Origin: a bacterium
GTDB lineage: Bacteria; Fidelibacterota; Fidelibacteria; Fidelibacterales; Fidelibacteraceae
Direction of reading: 5' to 3'
Assembly (NCBI GenBank): GCA_963676395.1
Contig: OY781066.1
Location: forward strand, 1,696,001 to 1,760,000
Length of the DNA: 64,000 bases
In this document: one piece after another, positions 8,790 through 18,098 of the stretch
How the letters are laid out: each line of letters opens with the position of its first letter
Numbering within the stretch: position 1 is the stretch's first letter
The notes under the pieces: generated by a model
Database searches by the model: none
What the model was told of the DNA's origin: nothing
What the model saw: only the letters and a program-made list of their open reading frames with translations
Position numbers and translations under genes: made by a program

Positions 8790-9824
8790 ATGAAAAGAGA
8801 ACTGCTACTAATCATAGTAATGTTTAGCATTATGATTTTGTTTAATGCATGTATTTTTAAACCAAATAATTCCAATGAATTCTACTACCTATATGTTGGT
8901 AATTGGGATAATGATGAGGTGTTTATCATCGACACAGAGGATAACTCCGTTATTGATACACTCGATGGTTTTGGACATGTTTGGGATCTAGCTATAACTC
9001 CGGGTGGGAGTAAACTCTATGTAAGTACCAGAGAAGGTATGTATAATCAACCTGGTGCTTTATTTTCTGTAGATTTACAAAGTAAGACAAAGAGAATCAT
9101 ATTAAACAGTGCTGCAGATGTTTTTATTAGTCCATCCGGTACACCACTTGTTATCGCGCATATTCCTAATGATACCATGGCGCAGGTGGGATTTATTGAT
9201 ACTTTGACGGATCAGATTAGTTTTATTGATAGTCTGAATATTTTAGATCAATCAATTAATTATCAGAATTTAGTTTTTGACCCAATAGAACCTATTTTTT
9301 ATGCTTGGACAAATCAACATTATTTATTTGGATATAATTATAATTGCGAGGGAATAGTTCATCTTTTTAACTCGGAATCGGTATCTGAAGAGATGATTAT
9401 ATCAAAAGATGGTAAATATATATTTTTTCCTGATAAGACATTAGATATAGTAAAAGATTCAATTATTGCGACTTGGGAAGGCAGAAAAGGTACAATGATG
9501 CAAAGTAATGATGGAAAAACTTTATACCTTACTGATTATGGGAATCCCTTTTCTACTTTGCTTGCTCCCCCTAGTGGTTTGGTAAGAGTTCTAGATTTAG
9601 AGACCTATACTATCGTTAATTCTATGAGTTTTAATGAAGCAGCGGAACATTATTATCCGCATTTAGATAGGATGATAATAACTCCAAATGGAAAAAAGGC
9701 CTTTGTAAGTAGCCCCGCTGAAATATTTAGTGTTGATCTAAATAGAAATATAGCTGTGAGTATCTTTAGACCGGTAGTAGGTAATTCTTGGTTTAAACCC
9801 ATTGTAGTTGGGAAAAAACCTTAA
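8790..9824 (+). CDS. YncE/YVTN-like beta-propeller lipoprotein
   Basis: Lipobox-like LFNAC; repeats such as LAITPGGSKLYV, ISKDGKYIF, SNDGKTLYL, ITPNGKKAFV; visibly more AT-rich than folC. Confidence 0.75.
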   Translation: MKRELLLIIVMFSIMILFNACIFKPNNSNEFYYLYVGNWDNDEVFIIDTEDNSVIDTLDGFGHVWDLAITPGGSKLYVSTREGMYNQPGALFSVDLQSKTKRIILNSAADVFISPSGTPLVIAHIPNDTMAQVGFIDTLTDQISFIDSLNILDQSINYQNLVFDPIEPIFYAWTNQHYLFGYNYNCEGIVHLFNSESVSEEMIISKDGKYIFFPDKTLDIVKDSIIATWEGRKGTMMQSNDGKTLYLTDYGNPFSTLLAPPSGLVRVLDLETYTIVNSMSFNEAAEHYYPHLDRMIITPNGKKAFVSSPAEIFSVDLNRNIAVSIFRPVVGNSWFKPIVVGKKP

Positions 9825-9935
9825 GTATCCGTATCTTTTCCTACGGCATATTCTTAAGAGAGACCGGAGATCCGCTACAGCCAAATGTTAATCCGATGGC
9901 AAACCAATTTGGAGAAAAAGCTTTAATGTATTAAA

Positions 9936-10031
9936 TTATTGCTTATCCTTGGTTCGCATAATATTGCGGAGGAGGTTTATAGTTGGGTGGGGCAATTTAC
10001 CCCGACGAATGGAGGGGTAATTCAAAGGTAA
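9936..10031 (+). pseudogene. Orphan duplicate of the folC 3' end
   Basis: 9939-9980 aligns with folC 8404-8445 at 34/42 nt; encodes LLILGSHNIAEEVY versus LLILGSHYIAEEVY, then runs to TAA at 10029-10031. Confidence 0.85.
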
Positions 10032-10214
10032 CCCGGGATGGGATCCCGGGAGAAGAATAATCCAAACATCAACAACCCTGAGCGAAGTCGAGGGGTTGAC
10101 CTGCGATACATAGATCAACCCTTCCATAAAGTCAGCTTGTAAACTTTTAGCATGGACGTTCTCAGGATTTCATCCCGGGGCAATAACAAATAATCCCTCG
10201 ATAACCTCGGGGTT
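10031..10214. repeat. Cluster of degenerate REP/MITE-like palindromes
   Basis: CCCGGGATGGGATCCCGGG; TCAAC-AACCCTGAGCGAAGTCGAGGGGTTGA; CAGGATTTCATCCCGGGG; CCCTCGATAACCTCGGGG. Confidence 0.65.
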
Positions 10215-10232
10215 TAAAATATGGAGAAAAAT

Positions 10233-10574
10233 ATGAATAACTGCATCTTTTGCAAAATCGCCAATAAAGAGATCCCCTCAACCGTCGTTTACGAAGACGA
10301 TGATGTTTTGGCATTTAAAGACCTTAATCCTCAGGCACCCGAACATGTACTCATCATTCCCAAACGGCATATCGCACGCATCGAAAATCTGCAAGAAGCC
10401 GATGCCGATGTCATGGGCAAGGTGATGGTCGCAGCAAAAAAAGTTGCGGACAAGCTCGGACTTAAAAACGGTTACCGTTGCGTATTTAATAATGGTTCCG
10501 ATGGTGGTCAGGAAGTGGAACATATCCACCTTCACCTGATGGGCGGACGGAAATTTTCTTGGCCTGCGGGGTGA
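10233..10574 (+). CDS. Histidine triad (HIT/Hint) nucleotide-binding protein
   Basis: CIFCKI, PQAPEHVLIIP, GQEVEHIHLH, WPAG; start reset to ATG after GGAG. Confidence 0.95.
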   Translation: MNNCIFCKIANKEIPSTVVYEDDDVLAFKDLNPQAPEHVLIIPKRHIARIENLQEADADVMGKVMVAAKKVADKLGLKNGYRCVFNNGSDGGQEVEHIHLHLMGGRKFSWPAG

Positions 10575-10767
10575 GAATTGAGGACTTGCGTGCTGAAAAT
10601 GGGAAAATAATAATGCAAGATACATGGACGCTTCGAGACGAGCGTCTTTCATAAATCAATATGATCATTCTAGCGTTTAAATATGTTTGTGCCTTAGTGT
10701 GAGATGTTTTCTTTGATTGGTGCCTGTTTTGTCTTAAATTACACGGTTAAATTTTTAAAATAACATT

Positions 10768-13700
10768 ATGTTTATATCTAAACTGGAAATTGTGGGCTTT
10801 AAATCTTTTGCGACCAAAACCGTTTTGCAATTTGGTAAGGGCGTAACGGCAGTGATCGGACCGAACGGCTGTGGTAAATCCAATGTCGTTGATGCGATCC
10901 GTTGGGTGATGGGCGAACAAAAAACACATACCCTTCGCTCGGAGTCCATGGTGGATGTGATCTTTTCCGGTTCTAAACATCGAAAACCTCTGAACTATGC
11001 TGAGGTAAATCTTACCATTCATAATGATGACGGTAAGCTTGGACTGGCTTATACCGAGGTTCAGGTTGGCCGTCGTTTATACCGCGACGGTTCTTCGGAG
11101 TATTTGCTTAACGAAGTACCGGTTCGTTTAAAAGATATTCAGAACCTTTTTGTCGATACAGGTATGAGCTCTAATGCTTATTCCGTAATTGAATTGAAAA
11201 TGGTAGAAGAGATCCTTAACGAAGATAAAATCCAGCGAAAACTACTTTTTGAAGAAGCCGCAGGTATTACAAAGTATAAATCTCAGCGTCGCTCTGCGAA
11301 ACGAAAACTTGATGCGACCCAAGAAGATCTCGCAAGACTTGAAGATATTATTTACGAAGTTGAAAGCTCGGTTCGTGGCTTGAAACGTCAATTAGGTCGC
11401 TACGAACGCTATGAAGGTTATGCCGAAGAACTTAAGAAGTTAGAGCTTACCTTAGCTCAGACCAACTGGTACGATTACGAAGATAAGATAGTCCCCCTGG
11501 AAAAGCAGTTATCCAATAATCAGATCCGTAACGAAGAAACCGGTAAACAGCTTGGTATCGAAGAAGCCATGTTGACCTCATACAAACAGGAGCTTGAAAA
11601 GATCGAAGCGGGTATGAATGAGGTGAATGATAAGCTGCAGGAACTAAATGATAAGTTTAATTCCGAATCTTCTAAAAAATTGGTTTGGCAGGAAAAAATC
11701 GGGAATGCGCAAAGTAATAAGGTCCGCTTGCAAAACGAAAAAGAATCTGCAAAGATCCGACTTCAATCCAATATAGAAATGCAGGAAAATCTATCATCAC
11801 AATTGGGCGATGATGATCCTGAATTGGTTGCGATGCGCGAGGAACTCGAAAAAGTGCGTGAAAATTTTGAAGAAGTTCAAAGCATCTATCAAAATGCTTC
11901 TCATCGTCTGGATGAGTTAAGGCAAGATCTTCGTGAACAGCAAAATCAGTTGGGGAATTCACAGCAGCAAATCCTTCGCCTGCGAGATCAACGTAAACAA
12001 TATTCGCGATTGCAGGATGAAGAGCTGCAACGTCGTGAGCAATTGATCTCACGCTCAGGCTCACAGGAAGAACAAGTTAAGTCACTCAAAGTTGAATTAG
12101 AGAATAAAGAAAAAGAACTCGAAGAGGCCAACGCTCAGGTAGAACAATGTGAAGTTGAGCGACGAGCTTTTGAGTCAAAAATACAGACCCTTAATTCCGA
12201 GATCGTACAAAGGCAGACGGCATATGAACGAAATCGTTCCGATGCCGCATTTTACAAAGACCTTGTAGAATCGCTGGAAGGTTACAATCCGGGTGTTAAA
12301 TATGTAATGAAAACTATGAAGCATTCGGGCATTCGTGGAACGGTTGCGGAGTTGATTTCTGTAGATAAAGAATACGGTACAGCGATAGAGATCGCTCTTG
12401 GAAATGTTGCAAAATATCTGGTAGCCGAAACTAAATCAGATGCCATGGATGTGGTTGACGAATTAAAAGCAAAAAAACGCGGGCGAGTCAGCATTGCTCC
12501 AATGGATGTAATGAAGAAACGCCTCAAAGACCCCTTAAAGAATCCTTTTCACGATTCAAATATTTTAGCTCATGCCGTTGATATCGTTTCGGCTGAAGGC
12601 GATAATCAATTATTGGTTGATTATTTTTTGGGTAACGTATTGATCGTTCGCTCATTGCGCGATCTAAGTGAAGCTGCATTAAAAGATGCCCGATTCCGAT
12701 ATGTTACCCCCGAAGGTGATTACATGGATGGACGTGCCATGATTCGCGGTGGTAAGGGACAGGGACAAAACCAGCAGATCATTGGTCGTCAGGAAAAATT
12801 GAAAGAACTGAATGAGTTTGCCGAAAAGCTCAAAGATGATCTTGAATTTTCTAAGAAATCGCTTTCTGATCTCGAAAGGGCTCGTCAGGATCTTATCAAG
12901 AAAACCGGAGAAGTTTCGCGACACTCCAAGCTTATTATGCAAGAACGTCTTGAGGTCGAAAAGAAAATGTCGGCATTATCATATGCTGTAAATCATCATC
13001 ACGACAGTATGGAAGAGATTGATCGCAAGGTCGAGGATTATGCCGGACGCATTCTTGAAATAGATAAGCAGATGAGCTCATCGGAAGACCTTCTTGCTAC
13101 AAGTAAGATCAATGAAGAAAAAGCTCAAAAAGATCTGGAAAGATATCGTGCGGAATATGAAGATATTTCATTTCAACGTGATAAGTTGAACAATGAATTA
13201 CAGGATATGCGTGTTTCATTGATCGCAAAAGAAAAAGAAAAGGACAATGTCCGTTTTCAATATAAAAATGCGACAGCAACCATCGAAGAGATGAATAAAC
13301 GACTTCTTGAGATTGATGAACAAGTGAAAAGCTTGAATGATTTGATCAGTGAAGGCGAGAGCAATACTGCGGAGCTTGATGTTAGTCTGGAATTGCTTCG
13401 CTCTAAGCGAGATGATGCTCGTGAGCAACGTGATAAAGTTTATAAAGAATTGAGTGTGAAACGCGATCAGATCCAACAGGTCGAAAATGCGATTGCGGAA
13501 TATCATCGGAATCGCGAAGATGCTTTTGAGACCCTTCGGGATCTGGAAGTCCGCGTTAAAGATCTCCAATTACGACAGAGTCAGTTGAAAGATCGCATGT
13601 ACGAACGATATCATATTGATATTCTCAAGAAACCTTATGAACCTATGGATATGGATAGGCGTGAGATGGAAGAGAAAATAGAAAAGCTTACACATCGCAT

Positions 13701-14328
13701 TGAGCTGATCGGCCCCATCAATATGGCAGTTCGTGAGGAATACAATGAACAATCCACGCGACTCAATTTTCTTAAGGAACAAAGAGCTGATCTTTTGGGT
13801 GCCGAAGCCAGCATCAATGAAACCATTGATAAACTTGATAACGAAGCACGAAGGCAATTTACCGAAATTTTTACACAGATCCGGGAGAACTACAAGAAAA
13901 CCTACAAACTGTTCTTTGCACAGGGCGAATGTGATGTGCGCTTAGAAGGTTCCAGTGATCCGCTTGAAGCTGATGTGGAAATATTCTCTCGTCCCAAAGG
14001 TAAGCAAATGAAGTCGCTTCGTGCGCTTTCCGGTGGCGAAAAAGCCTTAACCGCTATTGCTCTACTATTTGCTATTTATCTTGTAAAACCATCACCATAC
14101 TGTATTCTAGATGAGGTCGATGCTCCTCTTGATGACACCAATGTAAAACGCTTTACGCACGCATTGGAACACTTTACCGACAAAACACAATTTATTATCG
14201 TTACACATAACAAGCTGACAATGAACGCATGTGATTATTTATATGGGATCACAATGCAAGAAGAAGGTGCATCTACTGTTGTCTCTGTAAAATTCAAAGA
14301 CAGCGAACTCGATAAGCTATTAAAATAG
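10768..14328 (+). CDS. smc: Chromosome segregation protein SMC
   Basis: GFKSF, GPNGCGKSN Walker A, coiled coils with hinge, LSGGEK signature, LDEVDAPLD. Confidence 0.97.
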   Translation: MFISKLEIVGFKSFATKTVLQFGKGVTAVIGPNGCGKSNVVDAIRWVMGEQKTHTLRSESMVDVIFSGSKHRKPLNYAEVNLTIHNDDGKLGLAYTEVQVGRRLYRDGSSEYLLNEVPVRLKDIQNLFVDTGMSSNAYSVIELKMVEEILNEDKIQRKLLFEEAAGITKYKSQRRSAKRKLDATQEDLARLEDIIYEVESSVRGLKRQLGRYERYEGYAEELKKLELTLAQTNWYDYEDKIVPLEKQLSNNQIRNEETGKQLGIEEAMLTSYKQELEKIEAGMNEVNDKLQELNDKFNSESSKKLVWQEKIGNAQSNKVRLQNEKESAKIRLQSNIEMQENLSSQLGDDDPELVAMREELEKVRENFEEVQSIYQNASHRLDELRQDLREQQNQLGNSQQQILRLRDQRKQYSRLQDEELQRREQLISRSGSQEEQVKSLKVELENKEKELEEANAQVEQCEVERRAFESKIQTLNSEIVQRQTAYERNRSDAAFYKDLVESLEGYNPGVKYVMKTMKHSGIRGTVAELISVDKEYGTAIEIALGNVAKYLVAETKSDAMDVVDELKAKKRGRVSIAPMDVMKKRLKDPLKNPFHDSNILAHAVDIVSAEGDNQLLVDYFLGNVLIVRSLRDLSEAALKDARFRYVTPEGDYMDGRAMIRGGKGQGQNQQIIGRQEKLKELNEFAEKLKDDLEFSKKSLSDLERARQDLIKKTGEVSRHSKLIMQERLEVEKKMSALSYAVNHHHDSMEEIDRKVEDYAGRILEIDKQMSSSEDLLATSKINEEKAQKDLERYRAEYEDISFQRDKLNNELQDMRVSLIAKEKEKDNVRFQYKNATATIEEMNKRLLEIDEQVKSLNDLISEGESNTAELDVSLELLRSKRDDAREQRDKVYKELSVKRDQIQQVENAIAEYHRNREDAFETLRDLEVRVKDLQLRQSQLKDRMYERYHIDILKKPYEPMDMDRREMEEKIEKLTHRIELIGPINMAVREEYNEQSTRLNFLKEQRADLLGAEASINETIDKLDNEARRQFTEIFTQIRENYKKTYKLFFAQGECDVRLEGSSDPLEADVEIFSRPKGKQMKSLRALSGGEKALTAIALLFAIYLVKPSPYCILDEVDAPLDDTNVKRFTHALEHFTDKTQFIIVTHNKLTMNACDYLYGITMQEEGASTVVSVKFKDSELDKLLK

Positions 14329-14479
14329 GTGCTTTATATAAGCTTTTGGCTTCGTATTTTCAGTGATAATTATTATGCAAATGATTTCCGCTTTTATGGT
14401 GATTGTATGTGCTATTACGATATTGATAAAGCTTTTGAAAATTTTTAATATATAAATAAAGGGCTATGAGGCCAAGAGG

Positions 14480-14642
14480 CGGGGTCCTGTTGATATCTCA
14501 CGTAAGTAGGACGAAGAGCGCTAAAAGATCATGAAATATGGATCTATGAAGGCGTGCGTGGGGAAATGCAGTTTATATTTGTGATACCTAGGGACGGGGT
14601 GAATATGAGCTGATCTAAAGCAATTTAGAGGGGGAATTACGA
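14480..14642 (+). pseudogene. Decayed C-terminal fragment of a GWxTD-domain-like gene
   Basis: Stitched frames: RGPVDISR / KDHEIWIYEGVRGEMQFIFV / DT*GRGEYELI*SNLEGELR, resembling G.PD.I.R...EIW.Y...FIFVD..G.G.Y.LIHS...GE. Confidence 0.5.
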
Positions 14643-15347
14643 ATGCAAATTAAAAGGATGTGCCTACGGCCGGCGCAAGGAATTATTAATTTACTCAGGT
14701 CGATCATAGATTTCATTTATCCACCCATCTGTATGATATGCGGCGATATGTCGGATTTTCAACCTTTTGTATGCAATAAGTGCTTCAATAAAATTCCTAA
14801 ATTTGATGCGACACCCGACTCGATCCGCTATCATAAAGGGCATTCTGTTAAGCATGTTATGGCATTGTACTATTTCGATAAGGTGCTTCAAAATATTATT
14901 CATCATATCAAATATCAGGATTCGGATTATATGGCTGTTTTTCTGGGTAAAGAATTAGGGAAATATTATAAAGATCATCCCATTTCTGATTGTGATGCGT
15001 TGATACCTGTACCGCTTCATTCCGCAAGAAAGCGTGAGCGAAGCTATAATCAGTCTACCTGCCTTGCACGTGGGATCGCATCCGTTTGGGGTGTAGATGT
15101 CATTAAAAACGGTTTAAAGCGTCAACGATATACCAATACCCAAACTAAATTAAATAAAGATGAACGGCAAAAGAATATTAAAGATGCTTTTATTGTGCGG
15201 CGCGCCGAATGCCTACCCGCGCGCGTTTGTATTGTTGATGATGTATTTACGACAGGTGCAACCACCATGGAAATTGCGCGTATTCTCAAGAATGCTGGCG
15301 TAAAAGAAATTAGTATTCTTTGCCTTGCGACGCCATATCATGATTAA
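14643..15347 (+). CDS. comF: ComF family protein (double zinc ribbon + PRTase domain)
   Basis: YPPICMIC...CNKC, IPVPLH..R..ER.YNQ, IVDDVFTTGAT; exact start uncertain. Confidence 0.9.
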   Translation: MQIKRMCLRPAQGIINLLRSIIDFIYPPICMICGDMSDFQPFVCNKCFNKIPKFDATPDSIRYHKGHSVKHVMALYYFDKVLQNIIHHIKYQDSDYMAVFLGKELGKYYKDHPISDCDALIPVPLHSARKRERSYNQSTCLARGIASVWGVDVIKNGLKRQRYTNTQTKLNKDERQKNIKDAFIVRRAECLPARVCIVDDVFTTGATTMEIARILKNAGVKEISILCLATPYHD

Positions 15348-15535
15348 ATATTTAGAATGATTATCATGAATGAGCGGGTATCTTTGAATTACCTGGAGCT
15401 GCCTTTGCATTAGTTTGAAATCGTTATTATGTAGCGAATCGTAGTCGAAAGGTCTATTTATAAGATTAATATTTAAAATGATAAAAAAAGCCTCGGGAAT
15501 AAACCCAAGGCTGATCAATTCTTTTAGTAAAGATA

Positions 15536-15739
15536 TTACTTGAAAATATTTTTTGATGGAATAATTACCCAGCAAATTAAATAAACAAGAGCAGCGGGGA
15601 ATATTGCTGAGAAAATCCCAATGAAAACAAATAATACTCTGATAAGCGTGACATCGATATTGAAGTAATCGGCAATGCCGGACATAACGCCGCCGATCAT
15701 GGCATTGTCTATTGAGCGATATAATTTCTTCTGTGTCAT
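15536..15739 (-). CDS. PspC domain protein
   Basis: KKLYRS..NAMIGGV..GIADYFNID.T.IR...Y...W..IP. Confidence 0.9.
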   Translation of the reverse strand: MTQKKLYRSIDNAMIGGVMSGIADYFNIDVTLIRVLFVFIGIFSAIFPAALVYLICWVIIPSKNIFK

Positions 15740-15975
15740 TTTTATATTTCCTTCTATTGCTTTTACAAAATACGATATTTATGATTTGTTGTCAAGGGAA
15801 TGAAATAAAGAGTACCTTTGTTCCTATTAAAATATATCAAACAGCCCACGTTGAATTAATGTGTTAAAAAAACATTAGCTCGTTAATACAATTATAATCA
15901 TTTTTATTCTGCTGTTTTATCTAAGGGGAATTTGCCGGAATTTCATTTTGTTTAAATAAAAAAATCCGTCAAAAT

Positions 15976-16002
15976 AAAAAAACCTGTCTTTCGACAGGTT
16001 TT
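15976..16002 (-). terminator. Terminator downstream of tRNA-Asn
   Basis: AAAACCTGTC-tttc-GACAGGTTTT with an A-run giving a U-tract on the minus strand. Confidence 0.8.
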
Positions 16003-16012
16003 CTTTGCTCCG

Positions 16013-16084
16013 CTCCGGGAATAGGATTCGAACCTACAACCTAGTGGTTAACAGCCACCCGCTCTACCGTTGAGCCATCCCGGA
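16013..16084 (-). tRNA. tRNA-Asn(GTT)
   Basis: Reverse complement TCCGGGATGGCTCAACGGTAGAGCGGGTGGCTGTTAACCACTAGGTTGTAGGTTCGAATCCTATTCCCGGAG; cloverleaf, anticodon GTT. Confidence 0.95.
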
Positions 16085-16185
16085 ATATTACCCATTTGGG
16101 TCAAAAAGCCAGCTAATTTAATTAGAATTGAGTCCCCAGTCAATAAAAAAATGTAGTCTACCATCTTTTTTATGTTTTAAAAAAA

Positions 16186-16201
16186 TGTGACCTGGATCAC
16201 A
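16186..16201. promoter_or_regulatory. CRP/FNR-family operator-like palindrome
   Basis: aaaTGTGA-cctgga-TCACActt, an exact TGTGA-N6-TCACA match. Confidence 0.6.
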
Positions 16202-16401
16202 CTTTAAAAATCGGACTTGAATTTAGTGACAATCATCTCTATTTTCTCCTAGAAAACAATCAAAATTGGCAGAAAAATGGGATCAACTTTACATCTGAAT
16301 ATGTCGGATATTCTTACCATTCCGGGATCTGCGGCATATGCTCATCCTCCTTAGCGATGGGATGTGCTAATCCATAATAATTTAATGAAAGAGGGGTTTA
16401 G

Positions 16402-17178
16402 ATGAAAAACACCATAAGGATCTTATTGATCGTAATTATTGTTCTGTTTGCGTCTTGCGGCCATCCTATTTCGGGACCGCAGCAGAGGCTGGAAGAACTA
16501 AAACAGCATTATGACGAAGTTGGTTTTTGTCATAATCAAGAACTTGATGTACTGAAACATGAGTTTCATAAATGTGATGATATTACCCTTGAGAGTGCAA
16601 AAGCATTGATCGAAACACATTATCAACAGCTTGATCCTGTATTCTCAAATAGTGTTGCAGAAGGATTGTTTAACTATATTGCTAATGCTTCAATATTGGG
16701 TAAAAGTACCGTTAATGCCGAGTTGATTGACCTTTTAGCTGATAGCCTTGAACTCTATGCGCGCTATCCCGAAGTATTTGATTCGATGTCCTATGTTTTG
16801 GATATGAATATCTCAGTTCGTGAAAAATGCCATAATCTCGAAAAAATTTATCTATTTGCAGATCAAAAGGCAGTAGATGATGAAGATAAGGATGCATTGA
16901 TGAACGGACTAAGTACGACTATTCATTCGTTGGAATACTGGGAGAATAATTATCATGATTGGCATGAAACGCTTACGGGAAATATGGCAAAGCCTAGCTT
17001 AGGAATAGTAGGTGCCATAGGAATTATCGATGGAGCCGGAGCTGTCGTTGGAACTATCGAAGGTTTTCGTGATATACCCAAAGGTACGGAAAAACGAGGG
17101 CGAAAGATCGTTGGTCGGGCTGTCGGTGAGGGAGTGAAAACATCCGCCTTTGCTGTTTTATCATTAGTATTATTGTAA
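16402..17178 (+). CDS. Hypothetical lipoprotein with hydrophobic glycine-rich C-terminus
   Basis: Lipobox LFASC, RBS GAGGGG; C-terminal GIVGAIGIIDGAGAVVG...GRAVGEG. Confidence 0.8.
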   Translation: MKNTIRILLIVIIVLFASCGHPISGPQQRLEELKQHYDEVGFCHNQELDVLKHEFHKCDDITLESAKALIETHYQQLDPVFSNSVAEGLFNYIANASILGKSTVNAELIDLLADSLELYARYPEVFDSMSYVLDMNISVREKCHNLEKIYLFADQKAVDDEDKDALMNGLSTTIHSLEYWENNYHDWHETLTGNMAKPSLGIVGAIGIIDGAGAVVGTIEGFRDIPKGTEKRGRKIVGRAVGEGVKTSAFAVLSLVLL

Positions 17179-17187
17179 AGGTTAATT

Positions 17188-17358
17188 ATGAAAAAGATAA
17201 TTTCAGTCACTCTGTTGCTTCTTATGATTTTTATGCTTGAGTTCAATTGGTTAGAGGGGGTGCTCCCCGGAATCTATATCTGGGTGGAATCCATTCTTGC
17301 TATTGGAGTTATGATATCGTTGATTATGTGGAATGATCTGATTAAACGTAAATCATAA
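17188..17358 (+). CDS. Small two-TM membrane protein (56 aa), not in ORF track
   Basis: MKKIISVTLLLLMIFMLEFNWLEGVLPGIYIWVESILAIGVMISLIMWNDLIKRKS*; 9 nt after the upstream stop, AAGG RBS, hairpin at about 17397-17420. Confidence 0.7.
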   Translation: MKKIISVTLLLLMIFMLEFNWLEGVLPGIYIWVESILAIGVMISLIMWNDLIKRKS

Positions 17359-17489
17359 GAAGTAAATCTGATAATTTTAGATTTATTGGAAGACGTAGGG
17401 GAAACTTTTGAGTTTCCCTTATGTTTTTATTTGTAAAAAAAAGAGGCACGCTATAACGTACCTCTGATATTTTGAATTAGAACGATTGT

Positions 17490-18098
17490 TTAACCAAATA
17501 CTGCGTGACAAACGATTACAGATGCGATCATACCTGCAAGATCGGCTGTTAAAGCTGCAGGTAAGGCGTGACGAGTTTGTCTAACATTGATCGACCCGAA
17601 GTATACGGCGAGAATGTAAAAGGTTGTCTCGGTTGAGCCCATCATAATTGAAACCAAGCGACCAATAAAGGAATCAGCTCCGTGAGTTTTAATCAATTCA
17701 GACATAATACCCAAAGCACCGGAACCTGACAAAGGTCTCATAAGAGCCATAGGGACCACTTCGCCGGGCATACCGATTTTAGATGTGATAGGAGAGAGTA
17801 TCCACGTAAGGATATCCATAGCACCTGATGAACGGAATACGGAGATAGCTAAAAAGATAGCTACAAGGAAGGGGATAATTCTCAATGCGACCTGGAAACC
17901 TTCTTTGGCACCTTCAGTGAATTCTTCGTAGACTTTTAATCCTTTGTTATAACCATAAATCGGAATCAAAACAATGATGGCGGGGATAGCGATCACGGAG
18001 ATTACATTCATAACTTGTGCAAAAGGAAAAAAGATGAAAAGAGCAACCACTACTGCAAGAGAAAGAATAAGGATAATACGATTTTTAGTTTTACTCAT
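17490..18098 (-). CDS. spmB: SpmB-like nucleoside recognition (Gate) membrane protein
   Basis: VYEEFTEGAKEG, MRPLSGSGA, GSTETTFY..AVYFGS, RHAL; start reset to MSKTK. Confidence 0.9.
   Translation of the reverse strand: MSKTKNRIILILSLAVVVALFIFFPFAQVMNVISVIAIPAIIVLIPIYGYNKGLKVYEEFTEGAKEGFQVALRIIPFLVAIFLAISVFRSSGAMDILTWILSPITSKIGMPGEVVPMALMRPLSGSGALGIMSELIKTHGADSFIGRLVSIMMGSTETTFYILAVYFGSINVRQTRHALPAALTADLAGMIASVIVCHAVFG

Noticed and set aside
9845..9925. c-di-GMP-I riboswitch-like words (GGCAAACC...AAAGC)
   Set aside because: The GNRA-capped stem and second hairpin are missing; an Rfam search would be needed.
9936..10127. 63-aa minus-strand ORF containing PSTSLRV
   Set aside because: Translation of a REP-like palindrome and the antisense of the folC fragment.
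15350..15480. Possible further four helix bundle relic on the minus strand (..KGSS..)
   Set aside because: The match is too short and interrupted to support.
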